A stretch of 63,843 nt of DNA, filler included, from Olpidium bornovanus S191 (lineage: Eukaryota > Fungi > Olpidiomycota), in NCBI GenBank assembly GCA_017911155.1. It is 28 parts of 28 records of this genome, joined end to end, with 100 filler letters (N's around TTAATTAATTAA, not from the genome) between each part and the next. Parts side by side here need not be neighbours in the genome. Positions count along the whole stretch, not along the records: positions 36,851 to 38,391 come from JAEFCI010000294.1; positions 38,492 to 41,626 come from JAEFCI010003721.1; positions 41,727 to 42,931 come from JAEFCI010005541.1; positions 43,032 to 45,245 come from JAEFCI010005296.1; positions 45,346 to 47,379 come from JAEFCI010011187.1; positions 47,480 to 49,031 come from JAEFCI010002024.1; 22 more parts are not named here. One strand, 5' to 3'. The notes beneath the pieces were generated by a model. That model was not told the DNA's origin. It did no database searches and worked only from the letters and a program-made list of their open reading frames with translations. The translations under genes and the position numbers were made by a program. Shown piece by piece: positions 36,851-48,595 of this stretch (within the stretch, counting starts at the first letter, position 1; the number at the start of each line of letters is the position of its first letter).

Positions 36851-37720
36851 CATGGATGAGATGCGGGCAGCTACTCAAACACCGGCAGCAGGAAGAGAAA
36901 GTCGCGCTGCGGCGGCGAGGTCAACGGCGTCCACCGGTTCCTGCCCAACCAGGCAACCACCAGAACGGCGACACTCCCTCAGTTCCTCCGGAGGGTGGAG
37001 TCGGCGGGTTCGTTCAGTGGCAACGCAAGCACTGCCCCCGCGGCCTCCCACGCCCACTCCAACAAACGCAGCTCTAACGGCCGCAGTCCCGGCAACCGCT
37101 TGGTTGGCGCGTCGGACTTTTTGGCCGAGATGACGCAAAGGACTGGAGGCGAATCCGCGCACGCACGGGCCAGTACGAAAGTACAGCTGAGGAAACCCAG
37201 CTGAAAATCCTGTATCCCCGCAGCAGACCGCGGCAAAGCCAGCTGTGGCTGCCACTGTTCCCGCCAAACCCGCTGCGCCGGTCGAAGAACTAAGCGAGCC
37301 GCGGCGGAACGATAAAGAACTTTCCCCATTCAATCAACTCCGTCGTCTACGAGCCCGAGAGCGGGGCCGATGGAACTCTCTCTTCGGTCTCGCCCTCGAG
37401 GCCCGCAAAAACCCTTGAACCCAAACTCGAGGGCAAGCACTCGAATCTGACATTGCCGCGTATTCTTCGCCATTACCTGGACCGTCGCTTTTACTGGGAC
37501 ACTGTCAGCAGCTATTACGGCTGTACAACCTGCTCCTCGGTTTTCCTGAAACTACCGGTCTCGAAGTTGACCTGGGCGACCACGTACCCAGGCTCGCCCG
37601 CCCGCGCAACAACGCTGAAAGGAGATACGAAGAACCTGGCATGGCCAACGAGCCAGCCACAGCTGGTCGGTACACGTGGACCAAAAGAGGCACTGCAATT
37701 AACCATGCTGTCTGATCTGA
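36851..37720 (+). CDS. Unidentified low-complexity coding region
   Basis: Several protein-like open frames in GC-rich sequence; no motif recognised and the exon structure is unresolved. Confidence 0.2.
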
Positions 37721-38879
37721 ACTTTGCGTCGAAACAAAAAAACAAACATATTTCTGGTTCGGTCCCCCTTTTGCTATTCTTTTGCGATTTGCGACAATTT
37801 GCATACGTTGATACTGTCTTTGCTTGATATGCAACCAACGCCACCCCAGGAAGCCAGCGTGGTAACAAGGAACACGCCCGCACAGAACCCATAACAAAAG
37901 TGTCCGAGCCTGGCCGATCTGCGTGGTATAATTTGCATAACAAGGCTTTGCTACCCCTGTGCACTAATGGTCCAAGCTTCGTACCCTCCCTTCCCGGCTG
38001 GTAGGAGCTCAAGGCAACCGGCCTGCGTGCCGCAAACAGTGCCAATAAGCTCTATTTTGCCCGGCGTTCGCCCCATCGGTAACCAGAGCTTGACCGATCT
38101 GCCGTAAAAATAGTATGGGAGCCTCTCTGCCGCAAGCGCCAAGTCTTCCCCAACCAAACGCTTCGTTGAACCCCCCCTTTTTCTGTGCATATAATATTCC
38201 CGCAAGCGAAACAACACAGAAAGCCCGCGGGCCTCGTTAATCACGTTGGAACCGACTGCCTACTCTTTCCCATGGCAACCGCTAGCTTCAGCGGGACATC
38301 AATTTCTGGTCCACCCCGACGAATCGGGTGGACAACCTGCCGGCCCCTTTTCTTCCCTTCCCTTCCCTTCCCTTTTTTCCTTGATTGCTCCNNNNNNNNN
38401 NNNNNNNNNNNNNNNNNNNNNNNNNNNNNNNNNNNTTAATTAATTAANNNNNNNNNNNNNNNNNNNNNNNNNNNNNNNNNNNNNNNNNNNNCCCCCCCCC
38501 CCCCCCCCCCCCCCCCGCCCCCGCACCCCCCCCCCCCCCCCCCCGCCGCCTCCTTGTCGCACCGCCCTCCGCCCGCTCCGCAGCTTGAGACCGGACGGCC
38601 GGGCCGTGCGCCTGCTCTCCTCTGCGCGGCACGACCACACCTCCCGCCGTCCTCTCCCCGGCCGGCCCTGTCGTTCCTGCCCCGCCGGGCGACAGTTTGC
38701 CGCCGCGAGACGGGCGCCGGTATCTTTTGCGCGGGCGCAGAGGCGCCACGTCGCCTCGTCCCCCCTTCCCCTCGCCTGGCACCGCGGCGGTGGTCTCTCC
38801 CTCCGCATCCTCACGTGCTGACTTCGAACCGCCCCTCCCCCCCCTTCTCCCGGCCTGCTCCGCTTCGCGTGTACCCCAG

Positions 38880-40525
38880 GTGAGATCAAGAAGGCCGCCA
38901 AGACCCTGCGGAAGTTCATCCACCCAGGGGCCGGGGAAGGCCCGGACAAGGTCATACCCCAGGACCTGCTCGACAACGCGAAGGGGTTGGCTATTATAAC
39001 CGTCATCAAGGCCGGCTTCGTGTGGTCGGGGAGGGCGGGCAGTGGGATCGTCGTCGCGCGGCTGCCGGACGGAAGTACGTCGCTGTGACGGGTGGGCAGG
39101 GGATATGCGGGGAGGGAGGAGGTGGAGGAGGGTGTGCGTGCGTGTGCGTGTGTGTGTGTGCGTGTGAGGAGCTCGCGGGTTTTTGCGGGACGCCGCTCCG
39201 CCGGGCGCTCGGCTGTCGCCTCGCCCCCGCTGACGGACACGCCTTCTGCGCGCAGCGTGGAGCGCGCCGTCCGCGATCGGGACGGCTGGCGCCGGGTTCG
39301 GTGGACAAATCGGCGCGGAGGTCACGGAGTACGTGTTCATCCTCAACACGGTACGGTCGGAGGAGGGCGTACGGCGTACCCTCGGCTGCTTGGTCCCCCG
39401 TGGCGAAAATTCATTGGCACTTATTCTGGGCTTACGCTGGGATTGGTTCTTCCTACACTTAGGCCGATGCAGTCAAAGCGTTCTCGCTTGGCGGGAACCT
39501 GACGCTCGGAGCCAATATTTCAAGTGGGTGTCCTTTCCTATCTTTGACAAAAACTTTTCCGCTCTGCTGACCCATCGTGTCTTCTGCTTTTTTAGTTGCT
39601 GCCGGTCCGGTCGGCCGCACCGCCGAGGCTGCCGGCGCTGTAAGAAGATTTGCAGCTGTTTTCTCTTACAGCAAATCCAAAGGGCTTTTTGCCGGTATGT
39701 GCTTTGCCCTCTTCCGGCGAGTCTCCTCGAAAGCATTTTGCCGTCTATCAGCCACCAAGTAACCGCGTCGTCTTCCTTCTACGCCAGGTGTGTCCCTCGA
39801 GGGGTCAGTGATCATCGAGCGCAAGGACGCTAATTCGACATTCTACGGGCACCCGGTTCGGGCGAGGGATATTCTGACCGGCAAGGTTGCACCACCGGCA
39901 GCAGCAGAAGGTAGGTCACAAAACTTAGCGCGTCTGTCAATGAAATTCGCAGGCGGCTGGAGACGAGTTTTGCGCGAATTGCCACGACTGATGGAACGTT
40001 GCCCATGGCGGTTTGCCGAATAAGCGTTATACAGCGCAATTCGCGAACGGAATGTTGGAGTGAGCTCCCGCCGCGCTTCGGTGACCAGCGCACCGCTGCC
40101 CGCCGGTAGCCCCACCCCGCCGTACTCCCTCTCTTCTTCGAACCACCGCGAACTTGCGTCAAACCCCGCGGCTGCGCCCCTCCGCATGCCCGCCCCAAGA
40201 CCGGTATCGGCTGCGCCGTATGTGGTCGAAAAGAAAGAGCAGAGGATGAAGGCAATGTATGATTTTGCGGGCGAGCGGCCCGGGGATCTGCCGTTCAAGA
40301 CCGGCGATGTCATTATAGTTTCGCAGAAGGACATGCCTGGCGGAGACGCCGGGTGGTGGAGGGGCAGATGCAACGGGAAGGATGGTCTGGTGAGTCCTCG
40401 TGGCGTTGCCAGATTCCGGGATGTTTTGTTCGTTGCCGCGTGGCGTTGAACCTGACGTCGGATCTCGGCACCGGACAACTCGCGCTTGCCCACAGTTTCC
40501 CTCAAACTATTGTACCGCCATATGA
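38880..40525 (+). CDS. YSC84: SYLF plus SH3 protein Ysc84/Lsb3/SH3YL1, first exon not identified
   Basis: KAGFVWSGRAGSGIVVARL, WSAPSAI, AAGPVGRTAEA, YSKSKGLFAG|VSLEGS; C-terminal SH3 AMYDFAGERPGDLPF...WWRG...FPSNY. Confidence 0.94.
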
Positions 40526-42245
40526 TTGCGAGGTTGCGGTATGGGCAAAACCACGTGTGCCCTACCTTGGTTACGCAGGCCGCTTCTGGCCCCATCACCC
40601 GGCCCTCATCATCCCTCTTGGGGTTGTCAGGCTGTACATGCAGTGCGCTGCCCCTCCCTGCCGCCGCCATCTTTTCATCGTCCCGGACGGACTCAGAACC
40701 CCTCCGTCGTTCCGATGCCCTCGCGCCATTGATGTCTGCGTCCAAAGTGCTCGGAGAGCCTATTCCAGCTTTGTCCAGTTTTCGCCTCCCCTCCCCTATA
40801 GCTTATCTTCCTGCGCTTTTTTGCAGTTGTTGTATCTCGGGAGAAAAATGCCGAAACTTCCTTCCCTCCCCACCGTCCCTCTTATCGATTAATAGAAATG
40901 ATACCAGAGAGTTCCGCTGTAACAACGAAACGGCCCCTTTTTTCTCTCTCGTTCTTTTCCGGCGTTGTGTACTCCTCGCGCCGGCGGTCTGGCGCACCTT
41001 TCGTTTTCCTCCTGGCAGTGGACGGCAATACGCTGCTCCGTTGGCAGCAAACGCTTCTTTTTCCAGACTTCCGGCCCTCGACGGGCGGGTAAAAAAATAT
41101 AAACTAAAAATCAACCTGACGACGACGGGCACGTGTGCTCGATGTGTGCAACGAACGAACAGAGGGCTCCCAGTGCAACGAAGCACAAAAAAAAAGGAAA
41201 AAAAAGGAAAAAGAAAAAACGAAAAAAAAAAATAAATAAAAGACGTAAACCCCGCTTTCCGAAAACACGGTGTCCCTCGGCTAGTCTCCCCCCTCCCCCA
41301 CTTCCCCCATCTATCTCCAGTTTCTAAATAGAACTGCAAAACGGGCGCGGCACCATCTTCCACCCGGCCGCCGCGGTCAGTCCCCTCCCTGCCCGGAGAC
41401 TGTTTCGCTCGGGAAGGGGGGGTTTTTTAAGCGACTGCGTGTCCCTTTATCGCCCGAAGGGGGGGGGGCGGGGGAGAAAGGGGCCCGGTCTCGATGACGG
41501 GCTTCGGTTGTTATTAGCGGAGGTTGGGGGGGGAAGGGTGGTGGTGGTAACTGTGGGGGGGGTGTCTATTATGGGGTATGTGTATGTACCGACGAACAAG
41601 GATAAAAAAAAAAAAAAGCGACGGGGNNNNNNNNNNNNNNNNNNNNNNNNNNNNNNNNNNNNNNNNNNNNTTAATTAATTAANNNNNNNNNNNNNNNNNN
41701 NNNNNNNNNNNNNNNNNNNNNNNNNNAGGGGGCGGGGCTAAGGCTGAAGCGATTGGTTGGTCAGGGGCGACCACGTGCAGAAATGAATTCATGCAGCCTC
41801 GGCACCGCACTCTCCCGCGCCTCCGCCCCGCATCCGCACCGCAGCGGCGCTAGTTCAAGCTCCCAGCACTGCCTTTTTTCCGAAGCCTACATTCTGAAGA
41901 TGTAGAGAACCCGTTTATGGCGCACTCGTAAACCCACTGAGCACGATGCCCTCGTAAGTTCTGTTTGGGAAACCCAGGGCCGAGAGAATTATCGTTTAAT
42001 GCAGAGCTGGCCGTGGGAGAAAGGGGAGGGGTGGTGGTGGTGGTGGTGGGGGCGGCAGCAGCACGCGTCCCGCGCCACAAAAAAAAAGAAAACCGCGCGC
42101 GCCCCGCCGCCGCCCCCTTGCCCCCCATCCCCCCCCCCTTTTCCCCCCCCCACCACCCCCACCCCACCCCCCTCCCCTCCCTCGCCCCCGCTTTCCCCCG
42201 CTCTCCCCCGCTCTCCCCCGCTCTCCCCCGCTCTTCCCTCCCCGC

Positions 42246-42372
42246 AGTATAAAAAGGCGCCCTCTCCGACGTCCCTCTCACCTTCCTCCTTTCCGCACCA
42301 CCACCCTCCCCCACCCAAGCGACCGGCTTTCACGTTATACCCGCCGGCAACCCGGCGGGAAGCGCGGTAAGC
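42246..42372 (+). promoter_or_regulatory. TATA box (TATAAAAAGG), pyrimidine-rich leader and GTAAGC 5' splice site; downstream gene not in the contig
   Basis: TATA at about 42248, CT-rich leader, donor at about 42367. Confidence 0.45.
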
Positions 42373-42404
42373 CCTCCGCGAGCAGCGCTCTTTTCGCCTT
42401 CTTC

Positions 42405-42815
42405 CTTCGGAGCGCGCGCGCTCTCCTTTCTCCTTCCGTCGGAGCGCCCGCTCTCCTTTCCTTTTTCTTCCTTCGCAGCGCGCGCTCTCCTTTTCCTTAT
42501 TTCAGAGCGCGCGCTCTCCGTTCCTTTTCCTTTGGAGCGCGCGCTCTCCGTTTCTTTTTCTTCGGAGCGCGCGCTCTCCGTTTCATTTCCTTCGGAGCGC
42601 GCGCTCTCCGTTCCTTTCCCTTCCGACCGCGCGCTCTCCTTTCCTTTTCCGTCGGCTCTCTTTTCCTTTTCCGTCGGAGCTCTCGCTCTCCTTTCTTTTC
42701 CCTTCGGACAGCGCGCTCTCCTTTCCTTTTCCTTCCGCCGGCGCGCGCGCTCTCTGTTTCTTCGCTCTCTCTTTTCCTCTTCCTTTCCGTCTTGAACGCG
42801 CGCTCTCCGTTCCGT
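42405..42815 (+). repeat. About 30-bp tandem repeat with a GAGCGCGCGCTC palindromic core
   Basis: Roughly a dozen imperfect units, e.g. TTCGGAGCGCGCGCTCTCCGTTTCTTTTTC. Confidence 0.9.
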
Positions 42816-43031
42816 TTCCTTTGAAGCGCCCACTCACCTTTCCTTTTTCCGCTTCCAACCTGCTGACTTCGGCCGCCTGCGACTCACGCGTTCCCCTCTC
42901 TCCGGCCCCTCCCTCGGCCCCGCCCCCCCCCNNNNNNNNNNNNNNNNNNNNNNNNNNNNNNNNNNNNNNNNNNNNTTAATTAATTAANNNNNNNNNNNNN
43001 NNNNNNNNNNNNNNNNNNNNNNNNNNNNNNN

Positions 43032-43520
43032 CATGCTGAAGGATTTCAAGTCGAGGAGGCATCGCCTCCTGGAATATTCGACCGCATCGAAATTGGTACT
43101 CTTCAGGCAGTCCCACTTCTCGACGTTCGCCAGAAACTTCCGATACTCTTCCTCTGTCGAAATCTCCCTGTAATCCCCTAGTTTCGGAACTGGAACGTTC
43201 CTAAGGTCTACAAATTCATCGTAGAGCTTGTACGGAATAACCTCCTTCTCGGCAGCTTTCCCACCAAACATACTCGGAAAATTCCTGAGGGGAAACGATA
43301 TGATACGATACGAGTCCTTGAAAACGAATCTCGCTCCGCTAAACAACGCTTTCGTCGATATGAAAGAGTTGTCAAAATAAGTCTCATACATGACGTTCAA
43401 ATACTTCACGAGGAAGCTGAAGTTGAACTTAGCGTTATGCACCCACCTGTTAATGACAGGGTTCTGCCCTTCGAGTTGGTCGTAGATCTCCGCCATCTTG
43501 AACAGGAACTTTTTCACGTG
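43032..43520 (-). mobile_element. Protein-primed family-B DNA polymerase (DNA_pol_B_2 type) exonuclease-region fragment, probably a pseudogene of a Polinton/Maverick-like element
   Basis: WVHNAKFNFSFL (ExoII-like HN..fD, Asp replaced by Asn), FKDSYRIISFPLRNFPSMFG, KEVIPYKLY, FDAVEYSRRRCLLD (ExoIII-like); intronless and lower in GC than host genes. Confidence 0.72.
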
Positions 43521-43529
43521 ACGAGGTCC

Positions 43530-43917
43530 CGTGCACCTCACAGGATACACAAAAACGAGAGTCAAACCCTCCCCAGGAGACCCCTTTTGGTCCGGATTTG
43601 GAGACTCTCACTAAATGTTGTGCCGGACCAAAAACAGCCTGTTTTCGACTGGTTGGAACAATCAACGAGAATTATAAGGGACCGTTCCCCATGCTGGGTC
43701 CACCGTACGGGCCACTTCCAGGGTGATAAACACTTCCCACGGGCCACCCCTACCTGTGGCCTCCTGAGGGGTACTCCGGGTGCCCAAATCCAAAGTCTCG
43801 TGCACCTCGCAGGATACAAAAACGAGAGTCAAACCCTCCACAGGAGACCGTTTTTGGTCCGGATTTGGGGATTCTCACTAAATGTTTTGCCGGACCAAAA
43901 ACAGCCTGTTTTCGACT
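43530..43917 (+). repeat. Two diverged direct repeats of about 120 bp (43530-43650 and 43799-43917)
   Basis: Shared CAGGATAC..AAAACGAGAGTCAAACCCTCC...GGACCAAAAACAGCCTGTTTTCGACT; offset 269. Confidence 0.9.
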
Positions 43918-44107
43918 AGCCTAAACAATCGATGAAAATCTCGAAAACAGAGACGATAGGTGGAAGACCACAAGCTGAAGCACTGACACACAACCCCTCT
44001 GATGAAGTTTGAAACACGGTTTTTTTTAAACATAAGACAAAACGACCTCCATTCACATTATGTAAAATACGAAGATCCCGGTTTTTCCCTTCACCAGATC
44101 AAACACC

Positions 44108-44405
44108 CGAACCGCGCAATTTCAAATATTTCTCCTACCGAACGCTTCCCAAAATTCAATCTCCCCGTACGGTGGGTGTTTTATAACGACGCCGCACACG
44201 GGATGCAGTCCGAACCGCACAATTTCAAAAATCTCTCCTACCGAACACTTCCAAAATTCAATCTCCCCGTACGGTGGGTGTTTTGAATCGACGCCGCACA
44301 GGGGATGCAGTCCACACCGCACAATTTCAAAGATCTCTCCTACTGAACACTTCCCAAAATTCAATCTCCCCGTACGGCGGGGGTTCTGAAACGACGCCCC
44401 ACCGG
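44108..44405 (+). repeat. Three tandem copies of an approximately 103-bp unit
   Basis: Units start at about 44108, 44211 and 44313; each contains CCAAAATTCAATCTCCCCGTACGG. Confidence 0.92.
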
Positions 44406-44729
44406 GGTACACCCTTTGCCCCCCTAACCCCCCGTGGGCGCGGTGGCGGGCCAAGCGGAGCGAGATCTTCCCCGCCGCTTTTGGCTCCCCCTCCCGCGTT
44501 GGAACCCGAAAAGGCTAGGCTCGAGGGGGGGGAGCCCCGACAGGGGCAGTGCGCAAAGAACGCAGCTACCGAGGCGAGACGGGCGGCAACTTGCGAATGG
44601 AAAATGGGCTGCGTTGAAGGCCGCGTGGATGCGATCTGCAATTTTCCTGCTTTTTTTATTTTATTTTTTTTTTTTTACCGCAGCGGTCTCCTGAGCAGGA
44701 TCCGACGCGGGCAGTACGGCGCGTCGTGC

Positions 44730-44930
44730 ACAAAGGTCTCGTTCCCCAGCCTCTACTCCTGTAATCTAAAAAGCCAACGTCTACAGATATCGGCGATGAA
44801 CACACACTGTCCTTGCTTTCTCCTCAACAGAGCGCACAACACGAGAAGCGGAAGCGTCGCGGCGGAGAAGAGGCGTGTCCGCGTTTGCATACAAGAGATC
44901 CGTGAACAAGCGTGCTTTCACCCTGTGTGA
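44730..44930 (-). CDS. Probable 3' exons of an unidentified gene
   Basis: Protein-like frames (ARLFTDLLYANADTPLL...VHRRYL and LGNETFVHDAPYCPRRILL) separated by a possible GT-AG intron. Confidence 0.25.
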
Positions 44931-45646
44931 CAAGTGCCTCCAGCCGACATTCCGGGCAGATTGACCGAAACACAGTCTCCAGAGAGTGGAAGAACTGCCG
45001 CATAGCGCTGCGTGTCTGGAGCGTGCTTTCCGCAGACTCGGGCTCGTGGGAGGAGACATTTATCCAGGCGTTGCAAGCTTGTCAGCGTTTATTATGCGCT
45101 TGCGAAAAGTTGCGCAATTAGCTCCATGTTTGTGTGAGCCGCGGAGTAATCCAGCTCCAACAAAGAGAGGTGCATTTGGATCGGCAAGTGGAAATAACAA
45201 CACATTGTTTCTCCCGGAGATTTCCCTGGTGAAAAGGGAATGTGGNNNNNNNNNNNNNNNNNNNNNNNNNNNNNNNNNNNNNNNNNNNNTTAATTAATTA
45301 ANNNNNNNNNNNNNNNNNNNNNNNNNNNNNNNNNNNNNNNNNNNNAACAACAAACAGAAAAAAAAAATACAAAAAGTTCACGTGTTCTACAGCCCGCGGG
45401 ACGCGCGGATACTCTTCGCGTCGACGTCGATACGGCGCCAGGTCCGCTCGGGAAAGCTGAACATGACGCTGCTGCCCCCGGCGCGGCAGCGCGCCGTCCG
45501 CGGCGGGCGGTGACGGCGACAGCGACGACGACGAGGAGCGGCATACCCGGCGCCTGCTGACGGAGCCCTGAGACAAGAAAACGTAAAAGATCGAAACAAA
45601 AACTTTCTTTCTTTCGTTCCTCCGCCGCGCGTGAGATGAAAAAAAG

Positions 45647-45677
<31 letters not shown>

Positions 45678-46719
45678 TCCCGCCCGGGGGGCCCCCCCCC
45701 CCCCCGCCTCCCCCGCCGGCGGCCCTTTTCTTCTCGCAGCTGCTGCTTTTCCAGGCGGACTCGGTGATGTGCGCGCGCTCGCCGCGGACGCCAGATTTCC
45801 ACCTTTATTTCCCACCCCGGGCGAGCCCCCCCCTCCGCGGGCCTCGCAGATCCCGTAAGTTGTTTTTTCTGGTGTTGTCTCTGCGTGTCCCTGGGGAAGA
45901 AGAACCACCCCGCGCCCCTCACCCCGGGCGGCGGCCGGAAAGGGGGCGGGGTTGTTCTCCGCGCAGGGATTCGGTTTTCTGCCGTTTTTCGCTGACGATT
46001 GTTTTTTTAAAAAAAAAAAACAAAAGACCTCGGCCGCATGCCCGTTAACGAACCCGCACAGGAGCTTGCGCTCACCGGCCGGTACCCGGCCGGGGCAGGC
46101 TCGCCGCCGCCGCCAAATCGGAAAGTTGGCATAAAAAAAAAATTGGCAGCCGCGCTACAGCCAAGAAAAAAAAAGGGTGGGGCGGGGGAAGAGAGGAGGG
46201 AAACACCTCGCCGACACCACCATCACTACCCTCCTCCCCCGCGAGTACGAGAAATCTCTCCATTTCCCGGCCTGTATACCCATCCCTCTCTTTCCCGACG
46301 TGTGTACCCTTCTTCCCAGAACAGATGAACAAATTTGTGTTTTTTTTTTCGCTTTTGGTTTTGCTTTTGGTTTTGCGCTGCCCCGCTGCTGCTGCGCGGC
46401 GACCCAACCCTCCGGTAAGGCTTCGAACGACCGCCGTCAATCTGTATGTCGTCGTCCGCCCGTTCGTCAACCGCCGCCAAGTTTTGGCTGTCCGACGATG
46501 TCACGCACGCCGCCGTCGAAATCTCCCCGGGCCTGCGCAACAGACCACTGTATTATTTCCCTTTCGTCGCATTTTCGTCCAATCTTGCGCGCGGCTGGAA
46601 TTTTGCCGCGGCATCGCTACCCCGCGTGACATTTCAAATACCGCACCGCAAAAAAAAAAATTCGCACCCTTTAAACCGTGATCGCGTTTACGCGGCGGCG
46701 CACGTCTCTGCTAAATCTC

Positions 46720-47379
46720 AGAATTGCGCAACGGGAGGGGGCGCCGGCGCACCGGGCAAACAAAGTTCACGTGGGCGACGCAAACTCGGGAGGTTCCGTA
46801 AGCGAGGTGGAGGCGAGATTCGAGGACGCGGAATCCGCGGACTCCGCCGCCGAATCGCTGGTGTTCTCCCTGGACTGGCAGAAGAACAACCGCGTCTCGC
46901 GCGGGGAGATGTTCGTGATGCGGTAGTTATTTCCTGCGACCCCCCCCCCCCACCCACACACGCACACCGTCGGTCAACCGCGACAAATGGTGGTTAGAGA
47001 GAAAAAGCTACGGCGGAGGAAAACAAAAAAAACAAGCCCCCGCATCCCCCATTACACACACACAGCGCAGGAGGGCGAGCAGGGTGAGTTTTTCTCACCT
47101 CTGGGGACAACGAAATGGGCGCCCGTCTTGAGGACAAAAGTCGTCTTGTGCACGGTGGCGCGGACGCAGCCGTAAATGACGTGGAACGCCATCGACGACT
47201 GGTCGGAATTCCGGTTGGGTTTTTCCGCGCCGCGCGGCAGGGACAAGACTCCGCACGTCATGAAGTTGCCTTCGGAAAAAGTTTTTTGGAATTGGAAGCT
47301 CTGGTTGTTGACCAGCCTGGGCCTGATGAGGTCGGCGCTGACGGCTACCGCTGGAAAAAAAAAGAGCGATCGGCAAGAC
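46720..47379 (+). CDS. Unidentified spliced coding region
   Basis: CAG acceptor then IAQREG...LVFSLDWQKNNRVSRGEMFVMR; later frame TWNAIDDWSEFRLGFS...WNWKLWLL; family not recognised. Confidence 0.35.
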
Positions 47380-47479
47380 NNNNNNNNNNNNNNNNNNNNN
47401 NNNNNNNNNNNNNNNNNNNNNNNTTAATTAATTAANNNNNNNNNNNNNNNNNNNNNNNNNNNNNNNNNNNNNNNNNNNN

Positions 47480-48595
47480 CATGGCGTTCCTTGCCCTCCG
47501 CTCCTGTTGAAGCCGCTCGTTATCAGAGAGAAGAGCAGTGATATCCTTCGCCTTCTGCCGCACTGACAATCATTCCGACAATCGAGCGTCAGCTCTCGCG
47601 CCCAGCCGCCCCCCCCCCCCGAGTTTCCGTGCGCAATCCTGTCAAGGCAGAAGTACCGTTTGCGCCCTGATCCCTGCCGTCTTCGTCAATAAACTGGAAC
47701 TCCCGAAGCGTCTTCACGATATACAAGTTCTTGCGGGCGTACGCCACCACGTTCTCAGACCCCGTGTGCAGGCAATAGTCCAGCAGCGTCAGAGCCTGCC
47801 GTGTGCGAGACGTAACAAGTACGCGTCGGTGTGGTGTGCCTCATACTTTTTGCAACTCACACAAAACTGAAATTCTCAACCCTCGCGACAAAAGGCACAG
47901 CTGTGAGAGTGGAAGGGGACGGCATTCCTCCGCAAATTCAAAGACCTTCCCGCCCAACCTAGCGATCCGCGTCCTCAGAGTCGTCTACCTCTCCCTCTTC
48001 AGGACGAGTTACACTCACCTTGAATACGTGCCGCCAGTTCTTCCCACTGTCGTTTAGTCGCTTGTCAAGCATTTGCATTATTTCGATGAACGCATGGCTA
48101 TCAGATGCAACCTGTCAGCAACCCGCTCCAGTCGCTAAACATTCGGAACTTGACGGATGGCAGCTCACTCAACTGGTTGTACGTCATCTGGGAGATCTCG
48201 GACATCATCGTCCCGGACGGTCCCCAAGGGTCTGATCGTCGGGCGCGGGAAGAACGTGGAGAAATTGTACCCTCTATTCCCAGAACCCAACCACAACTGC
48301 CAAGCACTTCCACAGATCTTCACCGAACCGCTGCTAACTCGCGTACCATTTGACGTTGCCTGTCGGACCTTCGCCTGAATGTCAGAGTAACCCTTCGTGT
48401 AATTCTTCCTGGAGAACAAGAGCTTCCCGGCATAAGCGACAGTCGACGACGGGCGAGCCTGCCGCAGGGACCGACGCGGGGGCCGACGTATGCAGGGCTA
48501 AACGCACGTAGGGGACCGCGGGTGAGCTTGACCGTCGCTTTTCCGGCAGTCACTTACACCTCTCTGATAGCCCCCTTGACGGCGTACTTCGACAT
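47480..48595 (-). CDS. ENT1: Epsin, ENTH domain (Ent1/Ent2-like), 5' part
   Basis: KNYTKGYSDIQAKVRQATSN|DPWGPSG, KNWRHVFK, LTLLDYCLHTGSENV, TLREFQFIDEDGRDQG over six exons. Confidence 0.93.

Noticed and set aside
39643-39658. Apparent 16-nt GTAAGA...GCAG intron in YSC84
   Set aside because: Too short to splice, and read-through gives the expected AVRRFAAVFSYS sequence.
44108-44405. 103-bp repeats as a CRISPR array
   Set aside because: Whole units are homologous with no unique spacers; eukaryotic context; no cas genes.
47539-47548. ATATCCTT, a U12-type 5' splice consensus
   Set aside because: It lies antisense to the epsin coding exon (encodes KDI on the minus strand).
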